A DNA stretch of 64,000 nucleotides from Azolla caroliniana (taxonomy: Eukaryota; Plantae; Polypodiophyta). The translations under genes and the position numbers were made by a program. Positions 40,266 through 51,243 of the stretch are shown in pieces; the first letter of the stretch is position 1; each line of letters opens with the position of its first letter. The DNA lies in assembly GCA_043228905.1 (NCBI GenBank), contig JBHGNT010000011.1, positions 15,810,001 to 15,874,000 on the forward strand, in the 5' to 3' direction. The notes below the pieces were generated by a model. That model worked only from the letters and a program-made list of their open reading frames with translations, was not told the origin of the DNA and searched no databases.

Positions 40266-43200
40266 TGTCACTAGCTAAATCTGTGTATGTGGTAAGTTAC
40301 TTAATAGGGAAATATTCGCCTGCTTGGTGTCTCTATATTTGTTTGTTTAGAGAACTATATAGGTTGATGACCTGAATGACAAAGAAATTAAAGTAGAGAT
40401 AAATAAGGAGTAATAAACAGTTCAGTAAAGTGTATTATATTGAATGGACACAAAGAAATAATAATTTTTTGCGCCTTCATCATCACTGAAAAGATGGATT
40501 TTGTCTTAGACATTCAAGTACTGAGGCATAGCAAAGATGTAGAAATATAAAATCTTAAATGGCTATTTATCAATATATATTAATTTGAAAACCTCTTTCT
40601 GATTCTAAAGGCGTGAATCATAACAGGTAGATTTTGCTTAAATAATATAAGAAATTGTGTCACTGGATAGATGAGGACTTCTTATACAGTTGCGAATGAC
40701 GAAAATTCTAGTTTCATCTAGAAACTTGGTTATCAACTATAAAATGTAGTTTCTGCTCTCAAAGGAAAACGAGATTTAAGACATCAACAGATTATGATGA
40801 TGATGATGATGACAATAGTTCGGAGCAGAATTTTTCTAGATTCAATAACATCTTTAGGCGAGTTAGATTGTTTCTTATGCATTCCAGCATGAATGTCCAA
40901 CAAATATGTATGGCCATTTCGCTGCCATATTTGCATTTGATTCAAATGGATCATGGAAGTTATAGCTTTCTGGACGGAATTCTAGATTCAAATGGAATCA
41001 TTACAGCAGTTCTGCCTGATTAGAATGGGAAATTCATACAAATATACATCTATAAGATTCGAAAGGAATCAATACAGCAGTTCTTTAAGACAGAAAGATT
41101 TACCAGATTGAAAGCATCATTCGACGAGGTTGTCTTGTCTTATATATCACAAGAAAAAAATGTGTGTATGTCCAACAGGTAAGAAATGACAGAGAATGAA
41201 CTGGATTCGATCTACAAACTTACGGAGAGAGAACTTACTCGGAATATGGATTCAGGCGGTGTACTGGAGCAGAATGCTGATGCAGAGAAGGCTGAAGAAA
41301 AAGAGGAACTTTCCAATGTTTAGGAAAAGGCGAAGAAGGGGTGGGGAGGAGCTTCAATGTCTTATTCTTCTTCTTCTTCTTCTTCTTCACCTGCTAACCA
41401 GAGGGAGGGATCAGAGAAGGAGCTTATTTATTATAAAGAGGTAGGCTTCTAATTTCCTGCAGATTTAATTAAATAATTTAAATGTATGCATACCTGCCTA
41501 TCTAGATCTGATCAACCAACCGATGTGGCCGGGCCTACTGTCTCGACATCTCTCTTGTAAGTTTCCCGGCTAGACGGCCCCATGGGGACAGACCCGACAT
41601 TGCACACGAATTTCCAGTAAGATCTACACCACTCGAATCAATCACATGTGTGTACATATATGTCGATAGATAGATAGATAGATGGATGGATGGATGGATG
41701 GTACCCGTGTTCGTTGATTTCAATGACCCGGCTAACAAGTTTGTCGGATCGAAGGAAATTGGTTGTTCAATATATCTCTCGATCTCTCGATTTGTTCTCG
41801 GTTGATTCGAGCATGTGACCGATTTCCGAGCATTGGCACACAATTTCCCCCATGTCGGCGTTTGACCTTTTGAACTGGCCATATCGAGGTGCAATTGTCT
41901 CCTGTACATTTGGTGACCCTTAGTAGGTGATAATGGTTGCAATGTCCGAGTGAAGAGAGATTTTTTATATTATCATGGCCTCGATTTTTGCTGTATTCCC
42001 ATGTGGACATCGAGGTCTTGGGAGAGATTTTGAAAATGTCAAAACTAAACTCGTTTCAGGATCAAAGACTCTTGTGCTAACAACTTGCATATATTTATAT
42101 GTACATATATGATGCTTTTCTCCCCTTCCTCCTTTAGTGTAACTTCTTACCCTTCACCATCACTAGAGTGAGGGGGAGGCATCATTCATGCAATTGTTCT
42201 TGTTGATAGAATGAAAATGCCAACTCGCAATAGAGGTCCACGCGACAAGTTGTATGCATGGTTTGACAGTATGCTTTATTTAAGTACCACTTTAGACATT
42301 AGAGAATAAAGGACGCGGTTGATCAAAATAGTCAATTTAAGGAGATTTGAATTAATACAAGTCCTCCTTGTTTGGTGGATAAGAAGAGGACATATGTGAA
42401 AGCTAGCATTGTGCTCCAAGGAATAGCACCATGATTTGCAAAGAGCTCTGACTTAATTCCAGTGTCACTCTTTTGAGCCTCGTGGACAGTGCACCCAACT
42501 AGAGTATTCTTCTCAAACTCAAATGGTGTTCCTCCCAAGGTTCACATTGCCAAGGACCAAGCATGTGTCCTATAATGTCAACGTGAATGCTTTTACAAAT
42601 AAAGTAGATTTGGCACATTACCAAGGTGCGCTACATTGCCTAAGTACTTATGTTACGCACAAAGAAGTGTGGGATTTATAAATTACGAACAATATAAGCA
42701 TGGAATTTAATGTCAATGCTTTATAATTTCCTAGGAGTGTAACTCTTTATATTTGCACAATAAAAGCATTGATAACTGGCATTCGTAATTTAAAGCTTTT
42801 TCAGTGAAACACAAAACGTTCTCATCCAAATATTTCATTGTACCATACATCGCAAGGATGTTAGTTTAGTATATGCATGTCATTGATTCAAACAACTACA
42901 ATCCTTTTGTTGTTGTCTTAAATATACATGCAAACATTGACCAATACCTCAAGAAATCGAAGGGATGTCTCAAACACCAACTGGCACAAGTAGTAGCACA
43001 CATGGAATGTCTAAAGAAATATATAATAAGATAAAGGGATACCAATTGAATAAATCAAATGTTCAAGATATAATAAGATTTACAAGGAATCTTCAATTTG
43101 TTGTGTCGGTCGACATGATTTGAGCTTCAAACTATGGTAGAACTAATATGAGTTTACATGCTATCAAAATAGTTTTGTTGGTAAATCAGTTGATAAAATA

Positions 43201-43971
43201 GCATACCCCATTATGACCTACCCATGAACTTGAATAGTTGTGGAAAATCTAAATGTTTTCAAATTATTGGATTTGTTGTGTTTTTGTTCTCCACATAGTC
43301 ACATTTCTTTCTTCTTTTCCTTTGTTCACAAATCACACACACATAATATCTTTTTTAACAACTTTTAGCTTTAAATATAATCGATTTTGTTTACATCAAA
43401 AGTTAGTTTGACGCAAGATTATTCTACTCGTATGTTGGGGTGTCCTGTTTATTAAATGAACGTGGAGGTGTTCCTTGTAATAGATGAATGCTAGATTCCT
43501 TCCCTTTCCACTTCAACTTCCACTTAATATCATTATAATTTCGTTGTTACCGTCTTTCAACTTATAAATTTGTTGCTATTAAGATAATTATTTTTATCTT
43601 GCAGGACTGCTTAGTAACTTATATTGTGCACTAAGTATTTACATTGCTTGGCAAGTCTTTAATTCCAATAATTTGTGTGGATATTAAAATTGTCTCTATT
43701 AGTTTCAATACTCCATTTGTTGCTATGAGACGACATATAAATATGTGTTAAATGAGGTGAAATTTTGCTATTTACCAATAGGATTATATAAATTTAGAGT
43801 GTTATTTGTGAAAATGCCCCTTTTTTATTGTGATTACTTGGGCATCTGGTTACCCTAGCAATTGGTCTACTCACACATTTGTCTTGATTTTATACAAACA
43901 TAATTTATAATACATGTATATACATATTGTTGTAATTTGTAAACAATTACGTGGATGTTGCAAAAACCATG

Positions 43972-44353
43972 TGTAAAGAATCAAGAGATGGATTCTTGTG
44001 AAACAGAATAGGTGTGAACTATGTGTGTGTGTGAGATAGAGAGAGAGACACACACACACACAGAGTATACGCAAGGTTAAAAGTATATTAACAAAGGAGA
44101 AAGACTCAACAAAACACAAGGTGGGAGGAGGGTGCTTTATATAGTCACCCTCTCTCTTCATTAACTACAAGGCTCATGGAGCATGGGGAATGTGAAAGCT
44201 CATAAATTATGTGTCATAAAATATGATTCTATGACTCATACTAAATGCTAGAATACAAAGAGGTGACTTAATGATGACTCTTGACCATTGGAGTGTCTAT
44301 TCACTCTCAAGGTGAGTTCATACACTAGACCAAGTTGAGCTTGATTCTCAACA
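43972..44353 (-). mobile_element. Solo LTR of the copia family at 11963-12377
   Basis: Same termini and body, shorter microsatellite; TSD CCATG on both sides. Confidence 0.95.
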
Positions 44354-44841
44354 CCATGTCCAATTCTTGACATTCTCATTATTGGTGACAACATAAGTAA
44401 ATATTGTCCCTTTGGCATTTATAACGCATAGTATGAAAGAATGACACCAATTGCTCTTCAAAAAACATCAAGCGACTCGAATTGTTTTTATCGTGGGTAT
44501 TAAACTTCACAAGATATTACCTTGTCAAAAGTTGAAGAGGCTTATTTGATGCCCAATTGTTGGACACCATGATGAGTGTGCGCCATAACAAATCATAAAA
44601 GCACATTAATTCCCAAACCATTGAAATCCTTGCATTGTAGAGCTAAAATGGCCCAGACCTTATAGCTTTGTATATGTGATAGTGAAAGTACCATTATATG
44701 CTACACATGTGGATAATTTGTTCTTGTCTTCTTTTATATTGTGTATACTGATCATTAGCCTAGTTTTTGTGACATTTGTCAAAAACCATACAATGAGGTT
44801 GTTGTAATATCATCGATAGCATTTCCCCAATGACTAAATGT

Positions 44842-45276
44842 TGTTACTCGACCGGCAAAGAAGTTAAAGACCAGAATGTGAAAGGGATTGTATATTCGGA
44901 ATCTATTATAATTAAGTAGTTTATGAGACGTGAACGGACGGACCAAAATCGATATGCCGATCCGGATCTGGACCGGTTCCGAACAGGTGCCGGTTGGCAC
45001 CGTTTTGTACTCAACACCGGTGACCTATATAAAGGCCCGGTTACAATGTAAAACTTTGACGAATAATTAATAGAGCTTCTTGTTTTATCTTTAAGTGTTG
45101 ATTACCGTTCTGTGCTAATTGTTCTATCATACACGTGTATCAAGTCTAATGCCATATTGCTAAGTAACCAATTAAAGCCTGATTAATCGTCGACTCTTAA
45201 GTTATCTCGATGTAGCACCCCTTTGGTGAAGTGTCTTACCCTGTGTTAGGCCATTGTCCAGCCCTAAGGAATAACA
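44842..45276 (+). repeat. 5' LTR
   Basis: Direct repeat of 50390-50832, about 20 substitutions plus one indel by eye. Confidence 0.93.
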
Positions 45277-45282
45277 CAGTTT

Positions 45283-45429
45283 TTGGCCCGATGGACGATA
45301 CTATTACAAGAATTCGAGTTCGAGATATTCCACCGACCCGACATACAACATGCGGTAGCAGACTATTTGAGCCGGTTAGATTCCGGTGAAACCGGTGACG
45401 ACGTCCCAGACGAGTTCCAGGACGTAGAA
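45283..45429 (+). pseudogene. Gypsy RNase H C-terminal fragment fused to a PBS stub
   Basis: LARWTILLQEFEFEIFHRPDIQHAVADYLSRLDSGE..DEF (absent from ORF track); starts within TTGGC just after the LTR. Confidence 0.9.
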
Positions 45430-45979
45430 GAGAGAGAAGCAAAAAACTGACACAAACAAGACAAGATCCGTAGACAGGAAGAGAAAGACAGGAAAAAGAT
45501 GGACAGACAAAGAAAAGAGCGAGAGAGGCAAAACATAAAAAAGGAATGAAGAAATGTAGAAAGAAGAAGAAGAGGGGAAAAAGAGATGATAAGGGCATAT
45601 GCTGAGGGCATATGCGAGAATTTCAATTACGTAGGGGTATTGAACAGAATTTCTTTTTTAAAATTATGAGGACATAACGAGAAAATTTCATCAACATAAG
45701 GGTACATATCAAAATTTTAAAAAACAAGAGGGCACCACCAAAATTTGGAAAATCCCTAAGACTACTCACACACACTCAAAACAAAAGAAGAACATACATA
45801 TACACGACATGATTTTGGACCCATGACGAAGTTCGTAAGCCGACAGAACGAGAATGTTCGTGTCGTGGAAAGATTTGCTAATCGACAAAGATGTTCGAGT
45901 CAAGCACTCCGATCGAGGGAGTTGATCGTTGAAAGGATCGATGGAAGTCCCGATCGAAGAAATATCATCATCATGGCAT

Positions 45980-46019
45980 GTGGGATCGACGTGCAAGGCA
46001 CTCTCCCACGGGCGTGCCA
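45980..46019 (+). other. tRNA-Arg-like 3'-half cassette, copy 1
   Basis: GTGGGATCGAC-GTGCAAGGCAC-TCTCCCACGGGCGTGCCA, 5 nt before an LTR-like TGTTACC. Confidence 0.7.
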
Positions 46020-46024
46020 TATTG

Positions 46025-46350
46025 TGTTACCCCGTACGAGATGTACGGAGAGTCAAGTGTGATGGGTGAGGGTCGAATGTTATCATGATGTTGTTGTGTA
46101 TGTGTAGGGGGCATAAATGTAATTGTGAGTCTATACGTATGTGAACACATGCACACGTGTGTGCATGTGGATGGATACGAGGAGGTGTGAGTGAGTGTCC
46201 AATATGAATGCTCGAGGGGGCTTACACCCCTATGTATCTACCCCCTTTTGTACCTATTTAACCCCTTATGGGGAATGAATGAATACAAGAACAATACCCA
46301 TTTCTCTAATAAAAATAAAAAAATAAATAATAAATAATAAATAATAAATA
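46025..46350 (+). repeat. Internal truncated LTR (U3-R) of a second family followed by an A-rich tract
   Basis: Homologous to the minus strand of solo LTR 55494-55855: TGTTACCC, TGAACACATGCACA..TGTGTGCATGTG, TTGTAC..TAT..AACCCC..ATGGGG. Confidence 0.75.
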
Positions 46351-46535
46351 AAAGTAAAGTAAATCATGCAAGGGTGAGGTGTAAACGGACACATGCAAGA
46401 ACGAGGAGTGAACAAGCACTTTGAAAAGGTACGTAGTGGGCTATTAATAGGGTATTAAACCGCTGCCACATGGCACGTCATTCTATTCTAGTACACGACG
46501 TGCACACGCGCGGGTAAGAAAAAAAAGGTGCCAAC

Positions 46536-49023
46536 ATGCAGCAAGAAAACTCCCATCGCATGGAGGTCTTCACATTTCGCGAACAGAGGAGCACAAACGC
46601 ACACAAGCAATTGAAGATCATCAGACACGAGCCCACGCACACAAAGCCTCCTCAAACACATCCCTCACCAACGATCACTGACCTCGAAGAAGCCATGGAC
46701 TGCCATGCACACTATGAAGCAGCCAAGAAGTGGCTAAGGCAACACGGGTTAGAAGGTTTCCTCACGATCATGGAGGCACCACTGCACTGGGAGGCGGAGA
46801 AGATAGTAAAGGAAATCGACACAGAACTGATCACGGAGGAGGCCATCCATGCTTTGATTGGCCTTCCGGAGGGGGGCATCTTTACTATCGACAACCCTAC
46901 CCCGAAGCAGCTCCGAAAATATTTTGGCGAATACTCTCTGGCCAGCAAGGCCTACAAGACACAGGGCGGCGAAGATACATTATTTCGAGAGATTGCCCAT
47001 GTGCTCCATGAATTTGGACATGTATACCCTCGACCCTCGTGCATGACTCAAAACCGAGCCGACTTAGTCATAGCAACGTATGAAGGCGTGAAGGTGGATT
47101 GGCCGGTACTGATTGCGGACGGCCTCTGTGCGGCCATCGACTCTGTAAGAGGCAAGGAGGGTCGGAAAATATGGACTGCAGTGGCGCAATGGCTCACCCT
47201 ATTGGCGCCACCTATCGAGCCCGTCAAGACCACGAAGCGGGGGAGAACAACCGAAGGCACCCCGACAACGGCTTTGAAACAACAACAGTTGTTGGCCTCT
47301 AAGGCACCCAAAGGGAAGGCGGCCGACACGGACAAGGCGACAAAAGAGCGCGCCAATAGGAAGCGGCAGGCGGAAACGCAAGAGGAGACACCGACATGGC
47401 CAATCAAGATCATATTTCACCGACCAGTTCAACAAGAGCCGGACCCCTTGGCAGCAAAAGTCAACATCAGGACTCAGGAGGAGGAAGCGGAGGAGGAACC
47501 GTTAGAGCACCTCCCGTGGCGCAAGAAGGCAAGCACCGCAGAACAAGCTGGGGAGCGTTCGGACCCAAAGAAGGATGGAACGCCTCTACCCCGCACTGAG
47601 CATCCCGCACCAAGGGTGGAACCGGAACCGGTAAGGACAGAACCGGTCACAGAGCTCCTTGCACAACAAGCTATATCGGCAGGTCAGGATACGGCAAGAC
47701 CCGAAATTAAAGCGCCGATAGTACAGTTGCCACCCTCACCGGCAGGTCAAGAGCAATCAGAGGTGGAGCAACCAACGGAGGTGCAACCGGAACCAGAACG
47801 CCAAAGTGGTCACCAACCAGAGACAGAGTTGCAACCAGACAAGACGGACCACTGGCTAGCGGAACCAATAGCCAACACTCCGTGCAAACGCAACAAGAGG
47901 GCACCGGCAGCCAATGGCTCTGGTGGATTGGAGAACAGATTGCCGGAGTGGTGCACTACATAGAGGTGGAAGAGAAAGCTTAGATGGACTGGTTGCTAGT
48001 TACAACCGGAGAACTAGAGACGGCCCGGTCGAGGATCCAGAGCCTAGAACAAGACTTGGACCTAGCCACAGAAGAATTGGCCAAAATGGCCTTAACTGGA
48101 CCACAGATCCAAGTACCGATGACTCTGGTATATGTACAGAATAAAGACACACTAGCACCTGTACATAGTAATAAGACCTCAGAGACGGAACCAATCCCGG
48201 AGACAGTGGCGGCGCAAGCGAAAGAGCTTGCCGAATTGAAAGATGAACTGGCCACACAAGAAGCCTTACACACCCGAGAAGGAACTTGAAGAAAGCGGTA
48301 GAAGAAGAACAAAGAAAGACTGCTGAGAACCTCCGCCGAGCAGAAGAGAATCTGCGGAAAGGACATCAGGGATATGACCGACTTAAGGAGGAGAAAGAGA
48401 AAGTGTTGCAAGAAAAGGATAAGCTGCGACAGATGGCGGAAACGGAGATTGAAAGACTTAAAGAAGAACTCTGTCAACAGAAAGATCGGGAAGACCGCGC
48501 TCGCCGGCAACTCAACCAGAATTTGAAGCAGAAGACCGATGATTTTGAGCACCTGCATCGGGACTATAAGTACTTGGATACGGAGCATAAGAAGCAACAG
48601 GAGAAGATGGCAGAGCTCTGGCAGGAAGTTCATCGAGCCGAGACAACGCTAGCTAAAGAACGGGTTGAAAGAACAACGCTACTGGAGGAAGCCGCGCAGG
48701 AACGTATGGAGCTCCATAAGCAGCATTATGAAGAAAAGGAAAGAGCGACAATGGTATTGCAGAGGGTGCAGAACACTTACCAAAACCAATTGTCACATTA
48801 CCAGGAGCAGGAGGCGGACACAGTGAAGCTGATCAAGCAATTGAAGGAAGAACGACAAGCTACGGAGGACAAATCGAAGATGGGACTTGAGCGGATCCAA
48901 TTCATTGTCCAGGCATGGAGGAGCAAGACAAAACGCTATCGTGAAGAATTTCGGCCAGAGGCGGAAACCGGGAAATATTGGCTACATCGGTGGGGTGCAC
49001 CATGTGCACTCACCCTCGTGTAA
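46536..49023 (+). pseudogene. Retrotransposon accessory ORF: N-terminal helical domain, low-complexity linker, long coiled coil; split in three frames
   Basis: ORFs 46536-47963, 47984-48289, 48286-49023; ITEEAIHALIGLP and VKVDWPVLIADGL resemble plant retroelement extra ORFs. Confidence 0.7.
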
Positions 49024-49197
49024 TTGTGTGAATAATAGGAGTTAAGTCGGGGCGAAGAATCCCATGTAAATCGGGATTTATCCCACATTGTAACGCATCC
49101 CTCTCCTTGTTCTATAAAAGGAAGGGATGGTCCCTTGTAGAAGGGTTGCCCATTTTTTATTAGTAGGGTATACCGTTAGATGGAGAGATGTTTTCTT

Positions 49198-49234
<37 letters not shown>

Positions 49235-49695
49235 TTAGGGTTCTTCTTCTTGCTCTCCTCTGCTTCTTCTTCTTCGTCCTTCTGTGTGTCGAGCCTTGGT
49301 ATCTAGCGTTCCGGTTTTCTGCCCTGTACTCTGTGCAAGACCCCGCTCGGCGCGACAAGCTCGAGAGCTCCCCGATCGGCGGCTTGGCAGTAGACAACGC
49401 TTGTATCTCATGCGACCTAGGTCCGGCTTGAAGTCGGTGTTGAATCTCGTTGTCTTTTAAATACATATACATTCGGTTGTGCATATTCGGGTCTCTGTTG
49501 GTGTGCGTGTGTGTGTCTTAGTGTTTCTTTCTTGCTTATGTACATGTTCGTGCAAGAGTCGATGTTGCGTGCCTGCTCTCTCTCTCTCTCTCTCTCTCTC
49601 TCCCCCTTCGGTTGCTTCCGGTGTGCTCCTGGGGTGCCCCGAAAAGGGTGAAGCACGACTTCCTACGCTCTGTCACTCCCTAGTCCAGGTCCCCC

Positions 49696-50336
49696 ATGGT
49701 CCCGCCTTTCTCCACGCACGCGTGATACTTCGCGACAATGCTTAATTGACGAAAGCTCCGTGCAATGGTGGGACAAATGGGCAAAGCACACAACCGAGCT
49801 CTAGTTGCTAAGGGCGGACGCGGAAAACTGGCAGAAGGATGGCGACGATTGCTACATGCTAACAAAGGAGGACTTCATCGCCGTAAGAGATGAGTTAGCA
49901 GAAGACTTTGTAACTCTGGCGGAGGAACAGTCAGCAGTGGTCCGGCAACTGGTAGCACAGCTGGACAATGATCGATTGGATGCTCAAATCGAGTTTGAAA
50001 GCTATGAGTGGACTAGGCTACGGCAAGAAGAAGCAAGGCAGGCGGCGACCGTCAACCTCAACGATGAGGAGCCATCGTCGAGGTAAGGACCCGATGAGAA
50101 CAAGGCTGGGGCGAGTCAACCGGAGTCAAATCCAGCAGAGCAGCTGACGGAGGAATCACCGCCGTTACCGGGAGCCCGAACAGACGGCATCCAAGGAGCA
50201 ACAGTCGGAGGAGCCGGAGCCGGAGCAACAACAGCCACAACCACAACAGCAACCACAATAGCAACAACAACAGATTCCCGAAGAACCATTGGATACCCTG
50301 GAGCAGAGTATTCTAGATATCTTGGACGAAGGCTAA
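49696..50336 (+). pseudogene. Second accessory ORF (acidic, Q/E/P-rich), disrupted
   Basis: ATG 49696, TGAs at probable CGA codons, ORF 49805-50086, ends ILDILDEG-TAA; TATAAAA near 49113 and CT-rich leader. Confidence 0.5.
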
Positions 50337-50346
50337 GGGCCGGATA

Positions 50347-50387
50347 GTGGGATTCGACGTACAAGGTACTGTCCCACGGGCGTGCCA
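50347..50387 (+). other. tRNA-Arg-like 3'-half cassette, copy 2, at the PPT position
   Basis: GTGGGATTCGAC-GTACAAGGTAC-TGTCCCACGGGCGTGCCA, 2 nt before the 3' LTR. Confidence 0.75.
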
Positions 50388-50389
50388 TG

Positions 50390-50832
50390 TGTTACCAGGC
50401 CGACAAAGGAGTTAAAGACTAGAATGTGAAAGGGATTGTATATTCGGAATCTATTATAATTAAGTAGTTTATGAGACGTGAACGGACGGACCGGAATCGG
50501 TATGCCGATCCGGATCTGGACCGGTTCCGAACAGGTGCCGGTTGGCACCATTTTGTACTCAACACCGGTAACCTATATAAAGGCCCGATTACAATGTAAA
50601 ACTTTGACGGATAATTAATAGAGCTTCTTGTTTTATCTTTAAGTGTTGATTACCGTTCTGTGCTAATTGTTCTATCATACGCATGTATAAAGTTTAATGC
50701 CATATTGCTAAGTAACCAATTAAAGCCTGATTAATCGTCGACTCTTAAGTTATCTCGTCGTAGCACCCCTTTGGTGAAGTGTCTTCCGTAGACACCCTGT
50801 GTTAGGCCATTGTCCGGCCCTAAGGAATAACA
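50390..50832 (+). repeat. 3' LTR
   Basis: TGTTACC...AATAACA followed by TSD AATGT. Confidence 0.93.
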
Positions 50833-51243
50833 AATGTGTGGGTATACAATAGTGCCATAATGTTACAAGAGTCTAAGTTAATTGTAGCAAAGGCAAGTTA
50901 AGAGTCTCATGTATATTCAAAGAGTTTGGTGAACCTTCATTAACAATCACATATTTGATATTGGTTAGATTGTGCAAACCCCCATATACATATAAGAATG
51001 GAATTAAAATAACCTTTGTGCCAAACCATATTGAACCCAAATTTCATTTGACACTACCATTCGCTATAGATTTTCCATCATGCCCATATTGATAGAACCC
51101 CAAAACAAGATGTAAATGAATCAATAGGAGACAATGCAAACTATGTAGATTCTATGATTTCTTCTATTATTGCTTTATGAACCCTATTATTCCTTCGTTT
51201 ATAATCTCATTTCATATTTACTACAAATTGTCATAGCCTCTCT

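Larger units (their letters stand above)
44842..50832 (+). mobile_element. Non-autonomous, internally deleted Ty3/gypsy-type element with accessory ORFs
   Basis: LTRs TGTTA...TAACA at both ends, TSD AATGT, plus-strand RNase H remnant, plus-strand TATATAAA in LTRs, no gag/RT/INT seen. Confidence 0.92.

Noticed and set aside
50347-50387. Functional tRNA gene
   Set aside because: No D-arm, anticodon arm or 5' acceptor strand; T-loop interrupted; CCA encoded.
44842-50832. Minus-strand element with ordinary Arg PBS and antisense ORFs
   Set aside because: RNase H remnant, PBS stub and LTR TATA are all on plus, and no PPT abuts the left LTR on minus; kept only as the refuting alternative.
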